Below the pieces are notes generated by a model, which searched no databases, was not told where the DNA came from, and was given only the letters and a program-made list of their open reading frames with translations. A stretch of 64,000 bases of DNA from Candidatus Dojkabacteria bacterium (GTDB lineage Bacteria > Patescibacteriota > Dojkabacteria > B142 > OLB20): the NCBI GenBank assembly GCA_035444565.1, contig DAOMOX010000002.1, positions 8,013-72,012 of the forward strand. The letters are read 5' to 3'. Both the position numbers and the translations under genes were made by a program. Positions 50,112 to 60,282 of this stretch are shown here, in pieces. How positions within the stretch are numbered: the stretch's first letter is position 1; each line of letters begins with the position of its first letter.

Positions 50112-51394
50112 TATTTTAGACTAAAACCTTGATTTCTTAGTATTTCCTGCACTTCAGGCGATAAGTGCAGATGGTTAATTATACTACTATTTACTACTCT
50201 TGAAGTATTTGCACGAACCACAAATGGAGGCCAAATTTCAGGATATACCAAAAAGGGTTCTCTAGGTAGTAAGGTAAATTCCGAATTTTCTATCTCAGCA
50301 TTATTAGCTTGTAATATGGGGAATGCGACTCCATAAATTCCTCGGTTTTTTACATTTACCAACTCCACTCCTCCACCTGCGGCGTTTACGAGATAGAACA
50401 TTTCTGCAGAATTATTTACAAATTCTGCGTTTTTCAGAACTACAGTATTTTGTTCCACATCAAAACCATTTGAAGGCCAAATATTTATACCTTTATAAAA
50501 ACCTTCTGCATAAAGATTATTAATTTCCATAGTTGATGTTCCTGTTGCAATCATACCAACTACAACTCCCGATCTTAAACGCGAGCCATCTCTTATAATG
50601 TGAAGATTACTTAGATATGCAGAAAAAACATTAAAGAGTGAAATTCCATCACCATAAAATCTTTCTAGTCTGACATTATTAATGTCAGCTCTTTGTGCAT
50701 GCTTAACAATTATTCCTGAATACTCAACATTTAATTCTTCCTGGTAAGCACTTCTATCAACATTATCAAAGCAACTGACCCCGTTAATTTCCACTATTTT
50801 AGATGATATTTGGTCACCTCCGATATATAAAGCAGCCCTGACTGAATTGCTTGTGTCTATAGGGTTATCAACTGGATTAGCAGGGCCTTCAATGGTATGA
50901 ATCTCAATATCTTCAATGGTGACAGAACCCAAACCATTTATCAAAATACCAACATCGTTATTTATACCATCAACTCTAAATACAGGTTTGTTATTTGACT
51001 CTGCCGCTCTTATAGTAAGATTCGAATTAGTATTAATAACTAATCCCGCTGAAACCTGATGCCTTTGGTCATCGTCTAAATGCTTACTTTCAACTTCTGT
51101 GATTTGTCTACCCAGATTGTATTCTCCTCGAGTAATATTTATTTCATAATTAACCGATTCATCGACCGACTCATTTATTATCCGAACAGCACTTTCTAAC
51201 TCAACTGGATTTGTCACTGTAAAAACATGTGTGTTCAGTGCTTCATGGGATGAGGTTGTTTGTCCAGAGACCTCAGGTATGAACGCTGTAGGTAAGTTAC
51301 TAACATTCCCATTACAAGCAGCCATTCCTAACGTTAGAAGGCTTAGCATTAAAAATCTCTTGACTCTTGGACTTGTTAGAGTTTCTTGTGACAA
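50111..51394 (-). CDS. Putative lipoprotein with a right-handed beta-helix-like region
   Basis: KRFLMLSLLTLGMAA-C lipobox-like signal; repeating I/V-x-I-x-N and DGI patterns. Confidence 0.6.
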   Translation of the reverse strand: MSQETLTSPRVKRFLMLSLLTLGMAACNGNVSNLPTAFIPEVSGQTTSSHEALNTHVFTVTNPVELESAVRIINESVDESVNYEINITRGEYNLGRQITEVESKHLDDDQRHQVSAGLVINTNSNLTIRAAESNNKPVFRVDGINNDVGILINGLGSVTIEDIEIHTIEGPANPVDNPIDTSNSVRAALYIGGDQISSKIVEINGVSCFDNVDRSAYQEELNVEYSGIIVKHAQRADINNVRLERFYGDGISLFNVFSAYLSNLHIIRDGSRLRSGVVVGMIATGTSTMEINNLYAEGFYKGINIWPSNGFDVEQNTVVLKNAEFVNNSAEMFYLVNAAGGGVELVNVKNRGIYGVAFPILQANNAEIENSEFTLLPREPFLVYPEIWPPFVVRANTSRVVNSSIINHLHLSPEVQEILRNQGFSLK

Positions 51395-51398
51395 CTTT

Positions 51399-54329
51399 TT
51401 AAACCTTATGTTTAGGTGAATTTATCAGTCCACACTTTTTGTATTTCAATCCAGAACCACAAGGACAAGGATCATTTCGGCCAATGACATGTTTATTCAC
51501 CTTAGTTTCTTCCCGAGATGTGTCATTTGTTTGAATATTTTTCCTAGCTGCTTGTTCTAACTCACGAAGAACTCTGTTGTTTTGAACATTAACCTTGGGA
51601 GCAGAAGCTTCCATCTCACGAGTTTCATTTGAGATTTCATCTATCTCCTCACTATTTGTTTCCATTTTCTTCTCTTCTCTTGGTTTTGCAACAGCTCGGA
51701 TTTTTAATATTCTCCTTGCGAACTGTGAGTTTATACTATTTATAAATTTCTCGAATAGTTGATATGCCTCGTTTTTGTACTCAACAAGGGGATCTCTCTG
51801 TGCATAACCGCGTAGACCAATCCCTTCTCTCAAATCCCCCATCGCATCAAGGTGATCTGTCCAAAGTTGATCCATAATTTGTAAATTTACAATCTTATAG
51901 ATTTCTGGAAGTGCCTCATCAAACTCCTTGTATTTAGTTTCTAAAAGATCATCAATAGTATCGGTCAATATTCTTTTGATTTTAGCAATTCCAACCTTTT
52001 CAAATTCAACTTCTAAGGATTTTAAGTCTTTATTTGAAAGCTTCGTTTCACTTACTTTCTCATATGACTTGATCAAATCTCGATCTACTGCTAAATCAGC
52101 AAAGTCATTTATTAATTTTATTTTGTCAATCTTGTCTTCCCTCTGTTCCAAGAAGTGTTCGTTTATAATAAACTCAACTTCTTGATTTAATAAATCCTTA
52201 ATTTTCAATTTGATGGTATCAAGTGCTTCTTTCGATTTTTCTTTATCATCCTTATTTAGTGCATCAGCAGACAATGAAAGTAAATTTAATCTACGGAGAT
52301 AGAAAATCTCTCTTTGTTGGTTAATAACATTATCATAGTCGACAACTCGCTTTCGAGTGTCAAAGTGAGCACCTTCCATTTTCTTCTGTGCAGTTTCTAT
52401 TGACCTTCCAATAATCTTTGACTCAATTGGCATGTCATCTGGTAATTTTGTCGCAGTCATCAACTTGCTAACGATTTCACCACCTTGAATACGCATTATT
52501 TCATCATCTAGTGCTGTATAGAATTGTGTAATTCCAGGATCTCCTTGTCTACCACCACGACCTCTGAGCTGATTATCAACACGTCTTGCTTCATGTCTTT
52601 GAGTACCTATTATATATAGTCCACCTAAATCAGTAACACCTTCGCCGAGTGGAATGTCGGTACCTCTACCTGCCATATTAGTTGCTACAGTGACAGCATC
52701 TTTCAGTCCTGCATTTGCTACAATAGAAGCTTCTCGTTCATGGAATTTCGCATTTAGTACTTCGTGCTCAACATTTTTCTTATCCAAGATCCCTGATAAA
52801 TATTCAGAGTCCTCAATCGAAGCAGTACCTACTAAAACAGGCTGTCCAGATTTGTGGATCTCCGTAATAGCTTCTGCAACTGCATTAAATTTCGCTTTCC
52901 TATCTTTATACACTTTATCTGTTAAATCTTCCCTGATAATTGGCTGGTTTGTAGGGATTTCATATGAGTCTAAATTATAGATTTTATAAAACTCCTCAGC
53001 TTCAGTCAGGATAGTACCAGAACCTCCGGAGAGAATTTTGTACAACTTGAAATAATTCTGGAAAGTGATGGTAGCCATAGTTTTGGACTCCCTTTTGATT
53101 TCTACACCTTCTTTTGCTTCTATAGCTTGGTGTAATCCTTCTGAATAACGTCTACCTGCAAGAACCCTACCTGTGAACTCGTCAACAATTAAGATCTCAC
53201 CATCTTTGATTAGATAATCATCATCAACTTTATACAAAACTTCAGCCTTAAGTGCGTTATCTAAATGGTGAGCAAGTCTATAATCCTCCCAAAGATTTTT
53301 AACTCCAAGTAAATTCTCAACATATTCAACACCTTCGTCAGTTAGGGTTACTGAACGTACTTTTTCGTCAACATTGTAATGTTTATCAACTTTGAGATTT
53401 TTCACCACTTTGGCAAACTTCTCATAGAGATCATTTGATGCCTCTGCTGGCGCAGATATTATAAGAGGTGTCCTTGCTTCATCAATCAAAATACTATCCG
53501 CTTCGTCAACTATACAGAAATATAGCTCCTTTTGTACTCTTTCTTCAATATCAAAGACCATATTATCTCGCAGGTAGTCAAAGCCTACTTCATTATTTGT
53601 CGCATATAATACATCTTGTTCGTAAGCCTCTTTCTTACTACACTCCATTAAATTAACACCTTTCATATCACTTAATTTTGATATGTCGAGGCTATCTCTT
53701 TCTTTTTTAGCATCTTCACCTTTAGTTGCTTTTAGCTGGTCATCAGGAACAAATTTATATGACGCTTGTGGAGTAATTACTCCGACACTGATTCCTAAAT
53801 CTGAAAAAGCATGTCCAGCGTATTCTCCATCACGCCTTGCCAAGTAGTCATTAACAGTAATTACATGACTTCCTCTTCCGGTCAAACCATAAAGTGCAGC
53901 TGGTAAATGAAAAACCTGTGTTTTACCTTCTCCTGTTCTTAATTCTGTCAGACTGTGACCTTTTGCTAAAATAGTTGCAGCTTTTAATTGAACAGGATAA
54001 TGTGGTTTACCTAATTTTCGTCTATTAATTTCTCGCAACATTGCGAAAAAATCCACGACGTTAGACTGTAGTAAATCTCGAACTTTCTTCTCTGTGGTGT
54101 CATATTTCTTGAACTCTTCGTTTGCTAGTGGCATTCTTGCCATCGGAGGGATAGTGTCGATTAATTCTTTTAATTCTGCCCTGATGACTTCGACTTGCTT
54201 ACGCATTTCTGAAATATCTTTATCCTTATACTCATCTTCTTTTGCAAGAATTTCTTCTACTAATGGTTCTACTTCTTTAATGGCTCTTTGATTGGGGTTT
54301 AGAAACCGTGAAAATATTCCTTTTATCAT
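51399..54329 (-). CDS. secA: Preprotein translocase ATPase SecA
   Basis: TGEGKT, VTVNDYLARRD, VDEADSILIDEARTPLIIS, NMAGRGTDI, QLRGR.GRQGDPG, GRNDPCPCGSG. Confidence 0.98.
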   Translation of the reverse strand: MIKGIFSRFLNPNQRAIKEVEPLVEEILAKEDEYKDKDISEMRKQVEVIRAELKELIDTIPPMARMPLANEEFKKYDTTEKKVRDLLQSNVVDFFAMLREINRRKLGKPHYPVQLKAATILAKGHSLTELRTGEGKTQVFHLPAALYGLTGRGSHVITVNDYLARRDGEYAGHAFSDLGISVGVITPQASYKFVPDDQLKATKGEDAKKERDSLDISKLSDMKGVNLMECSKKEAYEQDVLYATNNEVGFDYLRDNMVFDIEERVQKELYFCIVDEADSILIDEARTPLIISAPAEASNDLYEKFAKVVKNLKVDKHYNVDEKVRSVTLTDEGVEYVENLLGVKNLWEDYRLAHHLDNALKAEVLYKVDDDYLIKDGEILIVDEFTGRVLAGRRYSEGLHQAIEAKEGVEIKRESKTMATITFQNYFKLYKILSGGSGTILTEAEEFYKIYNLDSYEIPTNQPIIREDLTDKVYKDRKAKFNAVAEAITEIHKSGQPVLVGTASIEDSEYLSGILDKKNVEHEVLNAKFHEREASIVANAGLKDAVTVATNMAGRGTDIPLGEGVTDLGGLYIIGTQRHEARRVDNQLRGRGGRQGDPGITQFYTALDDEIMRIQGGEIVSKLMTATKLPDDMPIESKIIGRSIETAQKKMEGAHFDTRKRVVDYDNVINQQREIFYLRRLNLLSLSADALNKDDKEKSKEALDTIKLKIKDLLNQEVEFIINEHFLEQREDKIDKIKLINDFADLAVDRDLIKSYEKVSETKLSNKDLKSLEVEFEKVGIAKIKRILTDTIDDLLETKYKEFDEALPEIYKIVNLQIMDQLWTDHLDAMGDLREGIGLRGYAQRDPLVEYKNEAYQLFEKFINSINSQFARRILKIRAVAKPREEKKMETNSEEIDEISNETREMEASAPKVNVQNNRVLRELEQAARKNIQTNDTSREETKVNKHVIGRNDPCPCGSGLKYKKCGLINSPKHKV

Positions 54330-54445
54330 GATCTTTTAGAATTGAAAAATAGTAGGTTTATATTAACATAAACACCAAATATTGATTATCGGGTTAATAG
54401 AAAAAACTCCAAATGGAGTTAAATATGGATAATTTATATTGATAA

Positions 54446-55168
54446 TTATATCTGAGTTGCGATTACAACGATTCTCTTCTCTGATGATCCAGCTGACCCA
54501 TCAGCTGTTGCGCATGAAATAACTTTTATAATATTCTCCTTTGATGGCTTGAGTGTAGACAAATCTCCTGCATTTCTGACAACAACTGATTTAACAGCGT
54601 AATTATAGACATTGCCTTTTGCATCGGAATAATGAATTGTGTCGCCCTCCTTTAATTGATCTAGGTTCCAAAATGATCGGGGATCATCTGCACCCCAAAA
54701 TCTTCTATGTCCGAGTAAGATTTTCTCACCATCACCTTCATAAGAGTTTGGGTAAAGCCAGGCGCCTTCATGAATTGCTTTTTCTCCATCAATTCCTTCT
54801 ATTACCGACGTTCTAACGTTTAATCGAGGAATTACTAATGTATTAATACCCATACTTTCCACAACTACAGTACTGGGAGTGTTTACAGCTGGTGATTCCT
54901 TATCAATCGAAGCATTATCTTCTTCATCTGTAGTAGCTGCCTTTACACTTGATGTTTCAGTAGGTATCTCAAAGTTAGAGTTTATAGTTTCTATAGTACT
55001 CTTGTGTTCGAAAGTAATTGGTTTAAGAGTTGACTCGCCTTTAACATTTTGTACTGGCTGTCTTTTTTCACTAAAAGAAAAAACAGCAATAATAACAACT
55101 AATACTAACAGTATCACTACTCCAGCAATTACAAGTTTTTTTGTTTTGTTTTTTAATAGATTTTCCAT
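54446..55168 (-). CDS. Sortase-family transpeptidase
   Basis: N-terminal TM; LVIPRL, LLGHR (His), F.NLDQLKEGD.I, KVISC (Cys), KRIVVIA (Arg). Confidence 0.88.
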   Translation of the reverse strand: MENLLKNKTKKLVIAGVVILLVLVVIIAVFSFSEKRQPVQNVKGESTLKPITFEHKSTIETINSNFEIPTETSSVKAATTDEEDNASIDKESPAVNTPSTVVVESMGINTLVIPRLNVRTSVIEGIDGEKAIHEGAWLYPNSYEGDGEKILLGHRRFWGADDPRSFWNLDQLKEGDTIHYSDAKGNVYNYAVKSVVVRNAGDLSTLKPSKENIIKVISCATADGSAGSSEKRIVVIATQI

Positions 55169-55313
55169 ATATACATTATATCATAATAATTGAAAACTCT
55201 GCTCAAATTTAAATAGTCACTAATCTTCTCAACTTTGACTTCTGAAAGTAAAAAGTGTTAAAATAGTGATGCTCCCCATACTTTAGTTATCTATAGTTAT
55301 TATTTTCTTACTC

Positions 55314-57464
55314 ATGTCTAACACAAAGGCCAAAAGATATTTGCTTCTGTACACCTTTATAGTAGCAAGTATAATGTTTGTGCTACAAATTACTTTGGTA
55401 AGCTCACCATTCAAAACTGCAGAAGCTGCAATAGATGATCAATCATCTGGTTGGGATGAATGTAATGGATGGACAGAGCCTTCTTATAGAACAAATACTA
55501 CTATTAAAGTAGTAGATGGTAAAACTATTGGAGGTATGCTTCTATGTAGAGACAGAGCACTTAAAAGAGCTGAAAATGGAGAGTTCTACTATCCAGACAT
55601 GATTCCAGGTCTTTCCACTCCACCATCAGGTTCTCGAACAGCAACAACTCCAGGTACAGATAGTCAGTGGTACAAATGGGGAAAAACAGAGACAAAAGAA
55701 CATTTCTTAAGCGAAGGAACGGCATGTGGATTAGGACCAAGAGTTTGTTTACCAACTCCAACACCTACTAAAACACCAAGCCCAACTCCTACGATAAAGC
55801 CAAGTGCTACTCCTACTATAAAACCTAGCGCAACTCCTACTACAAAACCAAGTGCAACACCTACTACAAAGCCTAGCGCTACTCCTACTACAAAGCCTAG
55901 CGCTACTCCTACCACTAAACCAAGTGCAACTCCTACACCAGTAATTGTTCTTTGTAAATTAGGGGATAGAGTTGTTTACGATCAGAATAAAAACGGCATC
56001 CAAGAGATTTATGAACTTGGTGTTAGAAATATCAAGGTTGAACTATACAGTGAAGGAATGAATCTACTAGGGACTGAAGTAACAAATACAAATGGTTTCT
56101 ATGGATTTGATGAATTAGATTGTGATACTAATTATTATGTAAAGTTCTATAAACCTGCAGATTATATCTTCAGCGAACCATTTGTTGGAAACAACAGAGA
56201 ATTAGACAGCAATGCAAATGTTTCGACAGGATTATCTGACATGATTTATCTAACTGGAACCGATCTTTCAATAGATGCACTTATTTACAAAAAAGAAGTG
56301 GTAAATACACCAACACCAAGCATAACACCTACCACAAAGCCAAGTACAACTCCAACTACAAAACCTAGTGCAACACCTACTACTAAGCCAAGCGCTACTC
56401 CAACTACAAAACCTAGTGCAACACCTACTACTAAGCCAAGCGCTACACCTACAGTTGTTCCAAGTCCAACTCCTACAATAATACCTAGCCCAACACCTAC
56501 TACGGTACCTAGCGCTACTCCAACAACAAAGCCTAGCGCAACACCTACAACAGAACCATCTCCTACACCAGTGGTAATCCTCTGTAAAATTGGAGATAGA
56601 GTTGTTTACGACCAGAACAAAAATGGTATACAAGACATTTATGAACTAGGTGTAAAAAATATTAAAGTTGAACTATACGACGAACAAATGAACGTATTAG
56701 CTACTCAAGTTACAAATGATTATGGTTTCTACATTTTCGATGAATTAGTCTGTAATACAAACTATTACATAAAATTCTTCAAACCTGCAGACTATAAATA
56801 TAGTGAAGCTTACGTTGGAAACAACACAGAGCTAGATAGTAATGCAAATGTAGAAACAGGTTTATCCGAAAAAATAATGCTAATAGGAACAGATTTATCA
56901 ATTGATGCATTAATCTACAAAGAACAGATTATTGTCACACCTACTCCTTCAACCGTACCAGAAGTCACACCAACTCCTGGAGTAAAGGGTGAAGACACAA
57001 TATTCGGATTTAGTGTCGATAAAACCATTGTCGGAGATTACAAATACAATGTTGGTGAGCTCGTCACTTACAGAGTTACATTGGAAAATTCGGGTACAGA
57101 CATTATCAACAAAATAACAATGCGAGATGTTTACACAACAAATATGAGAGTAGAAGCTATCTACTTAGTACAAAATGGCACAAGGAGAAATGTTACTAAC
57201 CAATTCTTTGCTAACGACAGTGAAATGGAAAGTGGAAATATTTTACCTCGTGATTCACAAGACAGAACAAAGACTCTTGACATTACTGAAATCACTGGTG
57301 ATATGAATCCTGGTGAAAGTGCGACATTTGAATTTATTTTCAAAGCACACAGCAAAAACTCTCAAGTTTGTAACCAAGCATTTGCTAGTGCAAATAACAG
57401 ATCTGAGATTCCTTCTCAAAAGGTTTGTGTATCTGTAGATGCAGTTGTACCAGTAACTGATTAA
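55314..57464 (+). CDS. Secreted surface protein: two SdrD-B-like domains, TKPSATPT repeats, C-terminal DUF11-like domain
   Basis: Duplicated GDRVVYDQNKNGIQ domains; V.K....Y.VGELVTY.V.LEN.G; ends VVPVTD. Confidence 0.85.
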   Translation: MSNTKAKRYLLLYTFIVASIMFVLQITLVSSPFKTAEAAIDDQSSGWDECNGWTEPSYRTNTTIKVVDGKTIGGMLLCRDRALKRAENGEFYYPDMIPGLSTPPSGSRTATTPGTDSQWYKWGKTETKEHFLSEGTACGLGPRVCLPTPTPTKTPSPTPTIKPSATPTIKPSATPTTKPSATPTTKPSATPTTKPSATPTTKPSATPTPVIVLCKLGDRVVYDQNKNGIQEIYELGVRNIKVELYSEGMNLLGTEVTNTNGFYGFDELDCDTNYYVKFYKPADYIFSEPFVGNNRELDSNANVSTGLSDMIYLTGTDLSIDALIYKKEVVNTPTPSITPTTKPSTTPTTKPSATPTTKPSATPTTKPSATPTTKPSATPTVVPSPTPTIIPSPTPTTVPSATPTTKPSATPTTEPSPTPVVILCKIGDRVVYDQNKNGIQDIYELGVKNIKVELYDEQMNVLATQVTNDYGFYIFDELVCNTNYYIKFFKPADYKYSEAYVGNNTELDSNANVETGLSEKIMLIGTDLSIDALIYKEQIIVTPTPSTVPEVTPTPGVKGEDTIFGFSVDKTIVGDYKYNVGELVTYRVTLENSGTDIINKITMRDVYTTNMRVEAIYLVQNGTRRNVTNQFFANDSEMESGNILPRDSQDRTKTLDITEITGDMNPGESATFEFIFKAHSKNSQVCNQAFASANNRSEIPSQKVCVSVDAVVPVTD
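55752..56570 (+). repeat. Two in-frame 24-bp (TKPSATPT) tandem arrays, about 55752-55940 and 56307-56570
   Basis: 8-aa period with heavy synonymous variation between units. Confidence 0.85.
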
Positions 57465-57481
57465 TAAAAGTCTAAGTAACT

Positions 57482-57510
57482 AAAAGGGTGAACTTTGTTC
57501 ACCCTTTTTT
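57482..57510 (+). terminator. Rho-independent terminator
   Basis: aaaagggtgaac-ttt-gttcaccctttttt after 55314..57464. Confidence 0.85.
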
Positions 57511-57591
57511 GTTAATATTTTCTATCACTCATACCTATGCACAATATGAGTACATGTATGATATAATGTATATATAGTTTTATAAAATATC

Positions 57592-59040
57592 ATGAAAAAT
57601 CTTTTAATTAGTTATACAACACTCATCACATTTATATGCATTACGATGATAAGTTCGCTTCTTATACCTAGTGATGCTAATAATTTTAAAGCATTGAGTG
57701 ATGAAACAAATGGTGTTTCCAGAAGCATTTATTATTGTAGAATGCTAAGATCTGATTTAAATCGAGACCCTCTTAAAGTATGTAATGAATTAATCGGAGG
57801 ATATATGGGTTATGATAAATGGGAGCCGAATTATCAACTAAAAATAGCTCAGAACACTACACTTCAATATTCACAGACTAATCCCCATGACACAAGATGT
57901 TCAGTCGTTCAATGGGATGTCTATGATCAAACCTTTGTTAGATATTCCGCGGATGCAAATAATTATTGTCATTACGAAGAGGGTAATAATCATTGTCTAA
58001 TAAACGGGACAAAGTCAGCTTTCAATTCTGCAGGATTAGATTTACTAAAACAACAATTTGATCAAAAGTGTGTTCCTACAACACCTACAGCTACACCAAA
58101 GCCAACAGCTACCGCTACTCCTAAACCAACCGCAACTCCGAAGCCAACAGCTACCGCTACTCCTAAACCAACTGCTACACCAAAACCAACAGCTACTGCT
58201 ACTCCAAAACCAACAGCTACCGCTACTCCGAAGCCAACAGCTACTGCAACACCAAAACCAACGGCTACTGCTACTCCGAAGCCAACAGCTACTGCTACTC
58301 CGAAGCCAACAGCTACTGCAACACCAAAACCAACAGCTACCGCAACTCCTGAACCAAGTGTCACTCCTAGCCCTACAGCTACAAGTACACCTGTACCAAC
58401 TGCAACAGCTACTCCAACACCTACATTTACACCTACTGTGACTATTACACCTACGCCAACTGTAACAGCTACATTAACACCTACGGTTACACCGACAGTT
58501 ACAATTACAGTTACACCAACGGTTACTGCAACACCAGTGATAACACCAACCCCACCTGTAATGGGTGATGATAGCGTGTTTGGATTCAATATAAGCAAAG
58601 AAGTTATTGGAAAACTGAACTATCAAGTTGGAGAGTTGATTACTTTTAACGTCAACTTCAAAAATACCGGTACAGAAGTGATTGAAAAACTATACATGAG
58701 AGATATCTATACAACAGATATGCGAGCGGAAAGTGTCACATTAGTTCATAACGAACTTAGAATAGATGTTACAAGTTTATTCTTTAAAGATATGAATGAT
58801 ATGGACACAGGAATGATTCTTCCAAAAAATCCTGTTGAACCACAAGAATTATTAAACTTAATTCAATTAACAGGCCCACTACAAGAAGGAGAGGAATTAA
58901 CACTTGAATTCACATTTAAAGCTGTAAGCAAAAATGATCTAGTATGTAATCAAGCATACACATCACCTAACGGACGAAAAGAGATTCCAAGCACGAAAGT
59001 ATGTGTTGAAATTGATGCAATCGTACCAGTAACGGATTGA
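57592..59040 (+). CDS. Secreted surface protein: Cys-rich N-domain, long TATPKPTA linker, DUF11-like C-domain
   Basis: N-domain paralogous to 13516..14721, C-domain paralogous to 55314..57464; ends IVPVTD. Confidence 0.85.
   Translation: MKNLLISYTTLITFICITMISSLLIPSDANNFKALSDETNGVSRSIYYCRMLRSDLNRDPLKVCNELIGGYMGYDKWEPNYQLKIAQNTTLQYSQTNPHDTRCSVVQWDVYDQTFVRYSADANNYCHYEEGNNHCLINGTKSAFNSAGLDLLKQQFDQKCVPTTPTATPKPTATATPKPTATPKPTATATPKPTATPKPTATATPKPTATATPKPTATATPKPTATATPKPTATATPKPTATATPKPTATATPEPSVTPSPTATSTPVPTATATPTPTFTPTVTITPTPTVTATLTPTVTPTVTITVTPTVTATPVITPTPPVMGDDSVFGFNISKEVIGKLNYQVGELITFNVNFKNTGTEVIEKLYMRDIYTTDMRAESVTLVHNELRIDVTSLFFKDMNDMDTGMILPKNPVEPQELLNLIQLTGPLQEGEELTLEFTFKAVSKNDLVCNQAYTSPNGRKEIPSTKVCVEIDAIVPVTD
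58075..58557 (+). repeat. In-frame Pro/Thr tandem repeats (18/24-bp units)
   Basis: (TA)TATPKP units followed by a TPTVT-type tract. Confidence 0.85.
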
Positions 59041-59059
59041 GTTTTATAGAAAAAATTTT

Positions 59060-59090
59060 AAAAGGGTGGAGAATTCTTCACCCTTTTTTT
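59060..59090. terminator. Probable bidirectional terminator between convergent genes
   Basis: aaaagggtgga-gaattc-ttcacccttttttt; overlaps the thpR stop; stem nearly identical to the 57482 terminator. Confidence 0.75.
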
Positions 59091-59686
59091 AATTCAAAAG
59101 TTGCAAGATTAAAATAACTGGTTGTGTTATCTTTGAAAACACTGGAGATAATTTTTACTTCTGAAATCGCGAAGTTCATATTTTGAATCTCTATTGAATT
59201 TACGAAATCTTTGACTTCTCTCGTAAAACTTCTACTAGTATGACCTTTCACTCTTGCGACGGTTATATGGTTAATAAGCTTCCCATGATCTTTCTTTTTG
59301 TTTACGTCCGCTAATCCTAAATCTTTTACATTTTCATGGATAGACTTTGTTAGTTGATTTAATTCACTATCATCTTCTATCGAATAGTATAGATGTGTGG
59401 CTACATTTTGATCTGGAAAACCAAAATTTAATTTGTCAATTTTTACATCAAATGCATTCCAATCATCACAAAGTATAGAAAGATTATTTTTAATTACATC
59501 CAAGCTGTAACCAGATACACCATTTCCCATGAATTGGAGTGTAATGTGTAACTGATCTAATGGTACGAATCTGAAATTTCGTGCGTATTTCTTGAATTTT
59601 CTATTTATATCTCTAAGTTCAGATTTTATTTCTTCTGAGGGTGTTACTGCCAGAAATGCCCTATAATGTTGGTTCTCTTCAAACAT
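59078..59686 (-). CDS. thpR: RNA 2',3'-cyclic phosphodiesterase (2H family)
   Basis: RAFLAV, LHITLQF.G and HITVAR 2H motifs. Confidence 0.88.
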   Translation of the reverse strand: MFEENQHYRAFLAVTPSEEIKSELRDINRKFKKYARNFRFVPLDQLHITLQFMGNGVSGYSLDVIKNNLSILCDDWNAFDVKIDKLNFGFPDQNVATHLYYSIEDDSELNQLTKSIHENVKDLGLADVNKKKDHGKLINHITVARVKGHTSRSFTREVKDFVNSIEIQNMNFAISEVKIISSVFKDNTTSYFNLATFELKKG

Positions 59687-60248
59687 CAGCTTCCGTTAAC
59701 TCATATTCATCATCACTGTTTCTATACAACATCGAGTATTTTTCAGACGCAATATTTCTAAATAAGAAAGCATTCTTTCCAGACATCTCCAAGCGTTCTA
59801 TAGCCTCTCCAACATGCATTGGTCTATTAGTTTCAAATTTTAGATTTTTAACAACCGGTTTGTAATCGGAATAACTGTAATCTTGCTCAACAAACTCTTC
59901 TGCAGATTCTTTTGCCTCTTTGATTTTCCATGGTTCTTGTTTTTCCCATTTTTTAAATTGTTCTTGGTATCTTGTTAATTTTCTCTTAAGTAGAACTTCT
60001 AAACTATCAATCAGTGCTTCTACAGATACTCCTCTTTCTTCAACTTTAATAAAAATATGAGGCATAGTAACATTGATTTCCATTCTATACTGTTTGTTTG
60101 GTGGATAGTTTTTATTTGAACGAACGTGTACAGTTATGCTTGTAGATTTTGAAAGCAATTCTGCATGTTTCTTTAATTTTGTATTAATATATTCCTTTGA
60201 TTTTTCTGATAATTTAAATCCCTTTTGCACATATGTTGGGTCGACCAT
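59679..60248 (-). CDS. hpf: Ribosome hibernation promoting factor, long form
   Basis: YI..KL.K N-domain, A.ID.L...L.RKL.RY, C-domain PM...EAIE.LE..G..F..F.N. Confidence 0.85.
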   Translation of the reverse strand: MVDPTYVQKGFKLSEKSKEYINTKLKKHAELLSKSTSITVHVRSNKNYPPNKQYRMEINVTMPHIFIKVEERGVSVEALIDSLEVLLKRKLTRYQEQFKKWEKQEPWKIKEAKESAEEFVEQDYSYSDYKPVVKNLKFETNRPMHVGEAIERLEMSGKNAFLFRNIASEKYSMLYRNSDDEYELTEADV

Positions 60249-60282
60249 TATTTATAGAAATAATATAAAGTAGCGGGCAAGT

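Noticed and set aside
823-54980. Many 60-160 aa ORFs antisense to long genes (e.g. 823..1290, 20255..20650, 32468..32941, 37537..37914)
   Set aside because: They lie fully within well-supported genes on the opposite strand and show the Ser/Ile/Phe-rich composition of antisense shadows
55664-58598. ORFs 55664..55915, 56268..56633, 58058..58441 and 58062..58598 (VG-, C/R- or Q/L-rich)
   Set aside because: Antisense or alternate-frame shadows of the Pro/Thr repeats
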